Source: an uncultured bacterium (lineage in GTDB: Bacteria; Krumholzibacteriota; Krumholzibacteriia; Krumholzibacteriales; Krumholzibacteriaceae). Taken from it: a DNA stretch of 64,000 nt. Under the pieces are notes generated by a model that did no database searches, was not told where the DNA came from, and saw nothing but the letters and a program-made list of their open reading frames with translations. Within the stretch, counting starts at the first letter, position 1. The number at the start of each line of letters is the position of its first letter. Positions 1 to 8,472 of this stretch are shown piece by piece. The DNA lies in contig CBDUYR010000002.1 of NCBI GenBank assembly GCA_965371515.1, positions 32,001-96,000 of the forward strand, read 5' to 3'. The position numbers and the translations under genes were made by a program.

Positions 1-616
1 AAATCTGCTGGTGCTTCAGGTCGATGATACGCCACTCGGTCCCGAACCGGGCCTTCCTCTTCCGCAGGTGGTCTATCCTCTCCTGCAGACCTGACAGCTC
101 TTCCATGAAGAAATCTTCCATCTCGGGAGGAGCCCTCACGGTGAGATAATATTCCTTGTACGAATTGAGGACCGCGTCGGTCGCAGCCCTGCAGAAGATG
201 GGATCTCTCGAAATATAATTGACCCACAGTACGTTTGACGTGCCAACGACACCGGATTCGACACTGCTCACGTACAGTCTTTCATCGCTGGAATAACCCT
301 CGGGGAACATGTCTTCGACTATCTCCCGCGCCCTGCCGACAACAATCTCGGACTTGATCATTTCGATCTGCGAGGCGATCTCCTCTTCCCAGGTCAGTAC
401 CCTCACGTAGGGATTGAAAACGCCGGTAGCCTCTCCGCGCTGCACCATGAGCCTGCCCGACGAAGCATAGACCGCCGGCTCTTTCATGTTCATTATGAAG
501 ACTACCGCGGTGGCCACGACCACGATGCCGATTATCATCCACTTCCTGCGGAAGATCACCTCGAGGAAATCCTTTACGGTCGATTCTTTGCTTGTCGTGA
601 GGTTCTTCTCGTCCAT
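1..616 (-). CDS. Polysaccharide co-polymerase / chain-length determinant (Wzz/Wzc/GumC family), 3' part runs off the window
   Basis: Not in the ORF track. Translated by hand from ATG at 616: MDEKNLTTSKESTVKDFLEVIFRRKWMIIGIVVVATAVVFIMNMKEPAVYASSGRLMV...SQIEMIKSE. This is a typical Wzz N-terminus (RRKW + TM + PxY), directly downstream of wza. Confidence 0.85.
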   Translation of the reverse strand, partial: MDEKNLTTSKESTVKDFLEVIFRRKWMIIGIVVVATAVVFIMNMKEPAVYASSGRLMVQRGEATGVFNPYVRVLTWEEEIASQIEMIKSEIVVGRAREIVEDMFPEGYSSDERLYVSSVESGVVGTSNVLWVNYISRDPIFCRAATDAVLNSYKEYYLTVRAPPEMEDFFMEELSGLQERIDHLRKRKARFGTEWRIIDLKHQQI

Positions 617-625
617 ACCGCTACC

Positions 626-1417
626 TTACAAGCCCCTCGTGTAATATTCGTACAGGACCCCAGCGTTGGCGATCTGCCAGCCTTTGAGGTAAACATCCAA
701 GGGTCTCCCGATGATGGTCCACAGTCTGTCGATGAACTGCTCGGTTGTCGCTATCCTCGACTTGGGTACAAATATGATGTCAAAAGGCTCCAGTGGAACG
801 TCGAGTGAAAAATCGTTCTTTGTCAGTATCGCGTCGATGTTTACCTCTATTCCGACAATGTGATTCTCCCCGACGCGTCTTATGACCAGTACGTTGCTCT
901 TACGCGCATCATTCGTGTAACCGTTTCCGATGGCAAGTGCCTGCATGAGTGTCATATTGCGAACATAATCGTAGTTGCCCGGATTCCCCACCTCACCAAG
1001 AACATAGACCCTCTGCGGCAGGAAATCCTTCACGATCACGGTTATATGGGGGTCGACGATGATCTCGGAGAATTTCTCGGTCAGTAAGGTGTCGAGGCTG
1101 GAGGGCGTCATGCCGGCTATAAACATCTCCCCGGCATATGGATACGATATTCTACCATCAGGCCGTACCTTCATCGATTGCCTGGAATACTTGCTCTCGT
1201 AGAGAAATACCACGTCGAGGACGTCGCCGTAGCCGATATAATAACTGTCGGCTTCCGGAGCGGCCGGAACGCTGTCGGGATTCAGCTCCGACCAGGTGAT
1301 CTCGCCGTCAATCTGGTCGTAGACTCGACTCTTGTTTGCTCCACAACCGGCAGATACTGCGACTGCCAGAAGCAGTGCAGTTAACATGTTGTAAAAACGG
1401 ATTCTTCGACCTTTCAT
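626..1417 (-). CDS. wza: Polysaccharide export outer-membrane lipoprotein (Wza/OPX family)
   Basis: Lipobox VSAG-C; Poly_export motif YYIGYGDVLDV...VRPDGRISYP; SLBB motif VYVLGEVGNPG; C-terminal amphipathic helix. Confidence 0.88.
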   Translation of the reverse strand: MKGRRIRFYNMLTALLLAVAVSAGCGANKSRVYDQIDGEITWSELNPDSVPAAPEADSYYIGYGDVLDVVFLYESKYSRQSMKVRPDGRISYPYAGEMFIAGMTPSSLDTLLTEKFSEIIVDPHITVIVKDFLPQRVYVLGEVGNPGNYDYVRNMTLMQALAIGNGYTNDARKSNVLVIRRVGENHIVGIEVNIDAILTKNDFSLDVPLEPFDIIFVPKSRIATTEQFIDRLWTIIGRPLDVYLKGWQIANAGVLYEYYTRGL

Positions 1418-1514
1418 CTCAGTGACCCCTGCACAGGATCCTACCGTAATCGTAAAATCTGCTTAACCGGCGAGAACTTAACCTCTTAGGTACAATATTT
1501 CAATCAAGTTTTAG

Positions 1515-1531
1515 GGCAAGAATAGTGCCAG
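1515..1531 (-). promoter_or_regulatory. Putative sigma54 (-24/-12) promoter upstream of wza
   Basis: Minus strand reads CTGGCACTATTCTTGCC, i.e. TGGCAC-N5-TTGC with exact GG-N10-GC spacing. It is intergenic and oriented toward wza. Confidence 0.65.
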
Positions 1532-1534
1532 AAA

Positions 1535-2230
1535 TCAATAGGCCCCTTTCCTGGCTATCACGGCTGGAATAGTTTTGAGAATGATCTTCGTATCCGTAAC
1601 AAGGCTTCTGTTGCGGATATATTCCAGATCGAGTCTCATCCACTCCTGGAATCCGATATGGCTCCTGCCAGCAATCTGCCAGTAGCATGTGATTCCTGGA
1701 GTTACATCCAATCGTCTTCTCTGCCAGGGAAGGTACTGTGAGACCTCAGATGGGAGATTGGGACGCGGACCTACGATACTCATGTCACCCTTGAGCACGT
1801 TGAGCAGCTGTGGGAGTTCATCGAAGCTCGACTGTCTCAGGAACCTGCCCGTGCCGGTGACCCTTGGGTCCTTCTTCAGCTTGAAAACGGGTCCGTCGAC
1901 GCCGCTGAGGGGCCTGAGAGACGCTATGATGTTCTCCGCCCCAACGTGCATCGAGCGAAACTTGTAGAAAACGAACTCCCGACCGTCCTTTCCTACTCTC
2001 TTCTGCCTGAAGAGTACGGGGCCGGGAGAATCGAGCTTGATAAGGAGCACTATTACGGGTATCACCGGAAGGAACAGGATCAGTATCAGTAAAGCTACAG
2101 CGATGTCCGTAAATCTCTTGAAGATGCCGAAGCTCCTCTTTCTCTCGGCGGTGAGGCTGTAGGCGGGATCTTCGACCATGGAGCTCGCGGGCTCTGTGAT
2201 AAGTTCTTTCATTTCGGGGTACCCAGTCAT
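1535..2230 (-). CDS. Undecaprenyl-phosphate sugar phosphotransferase (small monotopic PGT, Bac_transf family)
   Basis: KRFTDI..., FYKFRSM, DELPQLLNVLKGDMSIVGPRP and PGITCYWQ motifs; RBS GGAGGAG at 2233-2239. Confidence 0.92.
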   Translation of the reverse strand: MTGYPEMKELITEPASSMVEDPAYSLTAERKRSFGIFKRFTDIAVALLILILFLPVIPVIVLLIKLDSPGPVLFRQKRVGKDGREFVFYKFRSMHVGAENIIASLRPLSGVDGPVFKLKKDPRVTGTGRFLRQSSFDELPQLLNVLKGDMSIVGPRPNLPSEVSQYLPWQRRRLDVTPGITCYWQIAGRSHIGFQEWMRLDLEYIRNRSLVTDTKIILKTIPAVIARKGAY

Positions 2231-2239
2231 TGCTCCTCC

Positions 2240-2273
2240 AAAAAAACCCGGGTCTGATCTTTCAGCCCGGGTT
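2240..2273 (-). terminator. Intrinsic-terminator-like hairpin immediately upstream of the PGT RBS
   Basis: RNA AACCCGGG-CUGA-AAGA-UCAG-A-CCCGGG followed by U7, then GGAGGAG. Confidence 0.7.
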
Positions 2274-2282
2274 CCAGCGCAT

Positions 2283-2352
2283 AAAAAAACTGCTGCAGAA
2301 ACTCACTTCACGAATATCGTGTTGCCAAAGCTGAAGTAAATATCTATAGCAG
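2283..2352 (-). terminator. Long imperfect hairpin + U7 in the polysaccharide operon leader
   Basis: Arms 2332-2352 and 2290-2310 pair over about 21 nt (G-U wobbles, 2 mismatches), followed by U7 (A-run 2283-2289). Confidence 0.55.
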
Positions 2353-2385
2353 ACTTCTCTAAGTACACCTCCATGTACAAAACAC

Positions 2386-2415
2386 ATATTAGCATAAAAC
2401 GGTGCGCATTGTCAA
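2386..2415 (-). promoter_or_regulatory. Putative sigma70 promoter of the PGT/polysaccharide locus
   Basis: TTGACA (2410-2415) -18 nt- TAATAT (2386-2391), with extended -10 TGn. Confidence 0.6.
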
Positions 2416-2489
2416 TAGATATGTTCAGCCCCTGCCCTGTGATTACAGCTGTTTGAGTATATTTCGAGGAACGGCCGGAAAAGCAGCCG

Positions 2490-3437
2490 TTACGTGAGCA
2501 GTGCCGAGTAGATCAGCGGGATCATTATCTCGTGATGGCCGGTAAGCGATATCGCATCTCCGCCGAAGGCAGCAGGCCTTGCGAGGACGTTCTCTCCGGG
2601 ACGGTAATGGCCTATCATGTCCAGATTGCAGGCGGTTATCCCCTCGAAGCCTGCGCCCAGGTTCCTAGCGACACTCAGCGCCTTGAGGAATACTTCCGGC
2701 AGTATCACGGCGGAACCTGCGTTGACGATAACGCCGCCGTTCTCCCCCAGCGCACGCACCCTCGCGGCAAATATCCTGAAGTCCCTTGCGGAAAGCTCGC
2801 CCCAGATGGACCCGTCGAAACCGGGGTGCTGAACGACGATATCGGTACCGACAGCCACGTGGACGGTGACTGGCACCTTCTCGATCGCGGCCCTCGATGT
2901 GATGCTGACATCCCTGTAGGGGGCATCGCTCGCGGCGATGAACCTCCCGACCGCCTCTCCCAGGCCGAGGTCCTCAGCCGCTCCCCTGTCGACCGCTTCG
3001 AAGAGGAGCCCGGCAGTCTCCTCAGCGAAACCGAATTCGCCCTTCTCTAGCTGTGCCGTCACGTCCTCCGACGTCTTCCCGAAGAACGCCAGCTCGAGGT
3101 CGTGGATGATCCCCGCACCGTTGAGGGCAAGGGCGGTCACATAACCCCTCTTCATCATGTCTGCCAGGTAGGGAGACAGGCCGCACTTGATGACGTGGGC
3201 ACCGGCCATCCAGATCAACTCGCGTCCCTTCGCCGATCGTGCCCTCCGCATGGCGAGCGTCAGCTTCCTGAGCCGGCTGACCGCCAGCTGGTCGGGCAGC
3301 GAATCGAGCCATTTCCTGAACGCCTTGCCGCCCTTGACGGGACTCCCCATCATGTCGACGGTGACCTTGCTCTCCCGTTCGGAGATCGGCGACGTCCTGA
3401 CATTGCTGAGATCGATCTCTTCGTATTTGCTTGCCAT
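2490..3437 (-). CDS. Conserved hypothetical protein with deoxyhypusine-synthase-like fold (GSU2086-like)
   Basis: GAHVIKCGL, NGAGIIHDLELA, TSEDV, GSAVILPEVFLKAL and GHHEIMIPL motifs. Confidence 0.65.
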   Translation of the reverse strand: MASKYEEIDLSNVRTSPISERESKVTVDMMGSPVKGGKAFRKWLDSLPDQLAVSRLRKLTLAMRRARSAKGRELIWMAGAHVIKCGLSPYLADMMKRGYVTALALNGAGIIHDLELAFFGKTSEDVTAQLEKGEFGFAEETAGLLFEAVDRGAAEDLGLGEAVGRFIAASDAPYRDVSITSRAAIEKVPVTVHVAVGTDIVVQHPGFDGSIWGELSARDFRIFAARVRALGENGGVIVNAGSAVILPEVFLKALSVARNLGAGFEGITACNLDMIGHYRPGENVLARPAAFGGDAISLTGHHEIMIPLIYSALLT

Positions 3438-4324
3438 CAGCGGGATGACCCTTCCGATTCGAGGATTCGCGGCTCGTCCGAGGTCAGCGTATATTCCTTC
3501 AGCACCGCCTCGAAAGAGCCCACGACCACTTTCGACCGCATGAGCACGGGCATCCGGACGTTATCATCGGTCAGCCATATTGTCAACTTTCCCTTATTCT
3601 CAAAGATCGCGCTCGTTTCGAGCACCGGTTCGATCACGAGGCAGTCGAACTCGCCGGCCTGTACCTTGATCCGTTCCCTGCGCAGCGCCTTTATGAAGAT
3701 CGGGTAGTTTTTCCCGTCCGAATGGTTCGCCATCCAGACCGCCTGACCAGGTTCCAGTGGGAACGTCCTCACGTAATAAAACGCAGATATGAAATCCTGC
3801 GTGTTCGGAGGTATGCCTACCTGCCTGTCGGGATATATGGCGAGGTGTTTCGCCTGGTCGAAATCAACCTCCTTGTCCCTCCTGAACTTGCCCTCCCTGA
3901 TGTGCTTCTCGAATCTCAGCGAGTAGAGAAATTCCTTGTCCATGAACGACTCGTGCCTGTCCCTCACCTTGTACATCATGTCGAACGTCTTGTTCGTTCT
4001 CGCGGTCGATACGAGATGGTATGCCTGTCGGCCGTTCAGCTCGGCGTCGCTGCGGACCTCGAGGGTCGCGTCGCCGGCGTGGATAAGTCCGTACTGGATC
4101 GCGAAGAGAAAATACTCCCCCTCGCCGAACGGCACCCTGTCGGGCACGGGTTGAACAAGCTCGAAACCCTTGATCATCTCGTAGCCATGATCAGCGCCGC
4201 TCGTCGTCACGACATGAGCGGTTTCCTGTGCCCTTGCATCCACTGAATAATGACCGGAATAGAGGACAGAAAGTGTAAGCAGGAGGATAATCGGAATCTT
4301 GCTCTTCTTGATGTCATTTATCAT
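3437..4324 (-). CDS. Exported DUF3108-family protein
   Basis: N-terminal signal peptide; C-terminal IKVQAGEFDCLVIEP...IWLTDDNVRMPV pattern typical of DUF3108. Confidence 0.75.
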   Translation of the reverse strand: MINDIKKSKIPIILLLTLSVLYSGHYSVDARAQETAHVVTTSGADHGYEMIKGFELVQPVPDRVPFGEGEYFLFAIQYGLIHAGDATLEVRSDAELNGRQAYHLVSTARTNKTFDMMYKVRDRHESFMDKEFLYSLRFEKHIREGKFRRDKEVDFDQAKHLAIYPDRQVGIPPNTQDFISAFYYVRTFPLEPGQAVWMANHSDGKNYPIFIKALRRERIKVQAGEFDCLVIEPVLETSAIFENKGKLTIWLTDDNVRMPVLMRSKVVVGSFEAVLKEYTLTSDEPRILESEGSSR

Positions 4325-4434
4325 GTCATTCTCCTAATATCCTATCACCATATCAAATAACGCCTAGTGTGATATTTTGCCGTCCGTCACGTAACTTATC
4401 CTGCTATCTATTACTGCAAGTGCCGTGCTCGAAA

Positions 4435-5526
4435 TCACCCGCTGCCGTCTCTCGCTGCTGCGAGCACCCTGCCGTATACATCGAGGGTCCCGTTCACCAT
4501 CCTCTCTACATCGAACAGAAGTACCCTTTCCGCCGCCCTCGAGGAGTACTCTTCTCTCGCTTTACGATCGGAGGCGAGATTCCCGAGAGCATCGGCCAGC
4601 CCTTTCGGATCCCCGGGTTCGAAGAGAAGAGCCGCGTCCTCCCCTGTCACCTCAGGGATACCCCCTGCCCTGCTCGCAACGCATGGCAGTCCAGCTGCCA
4701 TCGCGGCCATCAGCCCGGTCGACAGGCCCTCTTCGAGAGAGGGCAGCACGTATATGTCGAGAGCCTTGAGGAACGACTCCAGGGGGAGATCGTCTCCAGT
4801 ACGGAAGATCCCAGTATCGAGTCCGCGCTTCGAAGCTTCTGAAACAATCGAATCCTCGAGCCTTCCCCTGCCGGCCAGGATAAAACGCATCCGCACGCCT
4901 CTCGATTCGAGTATCGCAGCAGCCTCGAGCAGGACTGCGTGTCCCTTCTCCTCCTCGAAGGCCGCCACCGTCCCGACAAGAAGGCGCTCCCCTTCCACCC
5001 CGAGTCTCTTCCTCGTATCCGGATCCCTCACTGCCGATCCGAATCTGGCAATGTCTATACCACTATGTACGATCGTCATCTTCTCATCGGGGACTCCCCT
5101 GAGCCGTAGGCTCCGGGCTGCCGCTTCCGATATGGGGATATATTGCGCCACTCCCTTTCCGTATTTCAGTATGGACGCGGGTCCCCTGCCGCCACCGAAC
5201 GTGGTTCTCCTGCTAACAACGAGAGGCACAATCCCGGCGCATGCAGCCAGTGCGTGGGTGTGAGCCTTCGAAGTCTGGGCATGTACGAGGTCTGGACCCC
5301 ATCGGGAGATGAATCTCCTCAGACGAAGGGGTGTCGTAAAAGGCAGCGTCTCGAAGCGGGCCTCCAGCAATTCGCTGCCCGCTGGCAACGCCGCCGCCAA
5401 CTCCGAGCCATTGCGAACGGCAAAGGCCGTCTCGATGCCGCGGCCGCGCAGCCGCAGTCCCAGCTCGAGGGTCTGGCTCTCTCCTCCGCGCATCGTCTTC
5501 GCGCTGTTTACGAGGAGTACTCTCAC
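4435..5526 (-). CDS. Glycosyltransferase family 4 (GT-B)
   Basis: GGESQ N-terminus, KGH, PSLEEGLSTGLMAAMAAGLPCVASRAGGIPE. Confidence 0.9.
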   Translation of the reverse strand: MRVLLVNSAKTMRGGESQTLELGLRLRGRGIETAFAVRNGSELAAALPAGSELLEARFETLPFTTPLRLRRFISRWGPDLVHAQTSKAHTHALAACAGIVPLVVSRRTTFGGGRGPASILKYGKGVAQYIPISEAAARSLRLRGVPDEKMTIVHSGIDIARFGSAVRDPDTRKRLGVEGERLLVGTVAAFEEEKGHAVLLEAAAILESRGVRMRFILAGRGRLEDSIVSEASKRGLDTGIFRTGDDLPLESFLKALDIYVLPSLEEGLSTGLMAAMAAGLPCVASRAGGIPEVTGEDAALLFEPGDPKGLADALGNLASDRKAREEYSSRAAERVLLFDVERMVNGTLDVYGRVLAAARDGSG

Positions 5527-6620
5527 GCTCCACCTTCCGGTTCGAGAATCCCGAGCAGCCTGGCAGCCACTTTTTCCGGGTTGTATTCCTCCCTGACCAG
5601 CCGGCCCCCTCTTTCGGCGATGGACGCGGCGAACCGCCTGTCCTCCCTCAAACGTTTCAGTTCACTGGCAAGCATCACCGCGTCCCCCGGCGGAACGCAT
5701 AAGAGATGCTCTCCAGGAATAAAGATCTCCCTTATCGCAGGAGTGTCTGCAGTCACTACCGGCCGGCCGCATGCCATCGCCTGATATACCTTGTTCGGGA
5801 TGACCATCCCTGTCTTGGGAGTCGTTCCGAAGATTCCGAGGACGGCGTCCGCTTCCGAGATCAGGCCGGGAAGCTCCTTTTCCGGCACGTTTCCGGAGAG
5901 CTCGAGCCTGTCTCCGTCGATCCCGTCTGCCCGCCTCCTGAACTCCTCCATCGTCTGCCCGCTCCCGACTATCCTGAACCGGAATCCGCTGTCGAGAAGA
6001 CGAGCTGCCTCTACTATCACGTCCGTCCCGTGAAGAGGCAGGAAAGAACCGTAAAACAGGACGCGGAAGACGCCGTCGTGTGTCCGCTCCGGGAATTGCC
6101 CGAAGACGGTATCATCGTATCCGAGGTAGAGAGTCCTCACCTTTCTCTCTTCCACGTCGAATTCACTTACATAGAAAGCAGCGTGAGCATCGGTATCTGC
6201 GAGGACCAGATCGGACATCTTCATCGTGATCCTGTCGATATTCCAGTTGTGCCTTGCCTGGGCGGAACCCTCCCCGGCATCGCCTCGATCGAGCACTCTC
6301 GTCTCATACCGAGAGACGAGCGGATCGAATATCAGCTGCCTGCGAGGCGAACGCGAGAGCAACCATGCGAGCGGTACGTCCTTGTGCCTGAAATCGGGAA
6401 CGAACAGAGGCGCGCCGCGCGCCGTCCCGGTAGTGAAAAACCTGGCCAGTAGAAGCGGATAACGGAACACGGCCCGTCTCGAACCATCCGCATGGCATGA
6501 CCGCACTTCGACGCCGAGCCGCTCGAGCCCCTTCCTTATGATCGCGTTTCTCGGATAATCCGGATCGTAGCCGCCGAAAAACACTATCTCGGTCGGTGGA
6601 GACTGTCTTCCAGGGTTCAT
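5523..6620 (-). CDS. Glycosyltransferase family 4
   Basis: YPRN, LFYGSFLPLHG, IPNKVYQAMACGRPVVT. Start placed at ATG 6620 (ATGA overlap with the upstream GT2). Confidence 0.85.
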   Translation of the reverse strand: MNPGRQSPPTEIVFFGGYDPDYPRNAIIRKGLERLGVEVRSCHADGSRRAVFRYPLLLARFFTTGTARGAPLFVPDFRHKDVPLAWLLSRSPRRQLIFDPLVSRYETRVLDRGDAGEGSAQARHNWNIDRITMKMSDLVLADTDAHAAFYVSEFDVEERKVRTLYLGYDDTVFGQFPERTHDGVFRVLFYGSFLPLHGTDVIVEAARLLDSGFRFRIVGSGQTMEEFRRRADGIDGDRLELSGNVPEKELPGLISEADAVLGIFGTTPKTGMVIPNKVYQAMACGRPVVTADTPAIREIFIPGEHLLCVPPGDAVMLASELKRLREDRRFAASIAERGGRLVREEYNPEKVAARLLGILEPEGGA

Positions 6621-7393
6621 CTGCCTTCCTCCAGGCCACTGCGGGAAAGCTCCCTGAGCCATGCATACTTGAAGAAGACGCTGATAGCGGCAAGCGAGCA
6701 GAGCGTCAGCCCGGCGGATCCATCGAGAAAGCCGAGCTGGAGGATATACATCCTCAGAAAACGGGTAACCGGCCTGAGGACTATTCCGGGGATCCAGCCC
6801 CCTCCCCTTCTGTGAAGTTCGAGAGCCCCTCTTCTGCTGTAGCTCTTCATCCGTTCGATATAGTCGTCGAGGTCCCTGTAGGGAATGTGGTCGAGCCGCT
6901 CACGCATCCGTCCGGCCTCTCCGTCAAGCTCAAGACATTCGTGCACCGCTCGCTCGGGATACATCCCGCGTCCCCTTCGGAAAAGCCTCAGCACCCTGTC
7001 GCGGTCCCATCCACAGTGCATTATTACCCTGCCAAAAAACTCGTTCCTCCTGTAGAGCCAGAAACCGTTCTCCCGCGCCGACATGATTCTCTCCGCTATC
7101 TCCTCGCGCAGGTTGATGGAGAGGTATTCGTCAGCATCGAGGATCAGCACCCATTCGAGCGTTGCCTGTTCCATGGCCCAGTTCTTCTGGTTGGCGTTCG
7201 ATACGAACTCCCTGGTGAATACCCTCGCTCCGTATTCCCCGGCTATGCGCAGTGTGCCGTCGGTGCTCATCGAATCGACGACGATCACTTCGCCAACGCC
7301 GCGTGCGCTCTCCAGGCACCTGCCGAGATTCTTCTCCTCGTTCAGCGTGGTGACGATGAGAGATATCCGTGACAGATCGGTTTCAGTGCTCAT
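6617..7393 (-). CDS. Glycosyltransferase family 2 (WaaE/KdtX-like LPS core beta-glucosyltransferase)
   Basis: TLNEEKNL, VVDSMSTDGT, LDADE, VHE, GFLDG. Confidence 0.88.
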   Translation of the reverse strand: MSTETDLSRISLIVTTLNEEKNLGRCLESARGVGEVIVVDSMSTDGTLRIAGEYGARVFTREFVSNANQKNWAMEQATLEWVLILDADEYLSINLREEIAERIMSARENGFWLYRRNEFFGRVIMHCGWDRDRVLRLFRRGRGMYPERAVHECLELDGEAGRMRERLDHIPYRDLDDYIERMKSYSRRGALELHRRGGGWIPGIVLRPVTRFLRMYILQLGFLDGSAGLTLCSLAAISVFFKYAWLRELSRSGLEEGR

Positions 7394-8469
7394 GATCTCC
7401 CTCCGATCGCCGCTCTCACTTCGCCCAGTACCTCATTGACCGTTATTGTCTCCATACACCTGTTGGGACTGCATTCCTTCTCCCTGCACCCTTCGGCGCA
7501 TTCAAGTTCCTTCCATAGAACCCGGTGGAGCCCGTTCATCGGATCCCAGATTCTCGGGTCTGTAGGCCCGAACAGCGTGACGGTCGGCACGCCGAGCAGG
7601 ACCGCGATATGTTTCGGGCCGGAGTCGATCCCGACAAGGATCTTCATCCTGCCGATGAGAGCGCCGGCTTCGGTTACCCCCGTCGGGGGCGGTACGATCG
7701 CACCGGGAACAGCCCCGGCGATCTCCTCGGCCAGTTCCTCCTCCCCCGGTCCCCACATGATCAACGGCCGCAGGCCCAGCTCGCCGGATATCCTCCTCGA
7801 CAGATCGATGAATCGCTCCCGCGGCCAGCCCTTCGAGTGGTATGTCGAGCCGGGAACGATTCCCGCAAGCCCGCTCCCCGTATCCCCGAGAGACCTCACG
7901 AAAGAATCGGCCCATTCCGCCGATGACTCGGATGCCGGAAAACCGTAAGGCTCATCACCGACATCGGTCCCGTTCCCTGTCCCGTCCGCTGACACTCCGA
8001 GCATCCTGCCGATCTCGAGGTTCGAATCGATCGCGTAGCATCTGACCCGTTTCCCGGCACGTACAATGGCCCTTGGCAGAACCTCGTGATAATACCCGTT
8101 ACGCCATCCCGTATCCATTCCGATCCTGAGACCGGCGCCGCAGAACCGCGTCAGCAGCGCGCTTCTCGGTGAGCTCAGCAGATCTACAGCCACATCGGGC
8201 TTTCTTTTTCTCAGAGACCTCATCACATCGAGCTGTCCGGCAGCCGTACCGGGGAGCGGGATCACCTCGTCGAGACCGGTATCTCCGGCCAGCGCAGCGC
8301 AATATCTCTCTTTCACGAGGTATCCGATCCAGGCACCGGGGAAAGCGGCCCTGATCCTATCGATGAGCGGAAGCGTCAGGACAATATCTCCCAGCGCAAA
8401 GAGCCGTACCAGGAGGATCGACTTAAGCTCTTCCATCTGTTTCAGATCGATGACTGCTGCGTCACTCAT
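7390..8469 (-). CDS. GT9 ADP-heptose:LPS heptosyltransferase-family protein
   Basis: RLFALGDIVLTLP, KGWP, DSGPKHIAVLLGVPTVTLFGPT. Confidence 0.9.
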   Translation of the reverse strand: MSDAAVIDLKQMEELKSILLVRLFALGDIVLTLPLIDRIRAAFPGAWIGYLVKERYCAALAGDTGLDEVIPLPGTAAGQLDVMRSLRKRKPDVAVDLLSSPRSALLTRFCGAGLRIGMDTGWRNGYYHEVLPRAIVRAGKRVRCYAIDSNLEIGRMLGVSADGTGNGTDVGDEPYGFPASESSAEWADSFVRSLGDTGSGLAGIVPGSTYHSKGWPRERFIDLSRRISGELGLRPLIMWGPGEEELAEEIAGAVPGAIVPPPTGVTEAGALIGRMKILVGIDSGPKHIAVLLGVPTVTLFGPTDPRIWDPMNGLHRVLWKELECAEGCREKECSPNRCMETITVNEVLGEVRAAIGGRS

Positions 8470-8472
8470 CCT

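Noticed and set aside
2470..2491. AACGGC...GCCGTT inverted repeat at the end of the DHS-like gene
   Set aside because: Only a 6-bp stem with no U-tract; not a convincing terminator.
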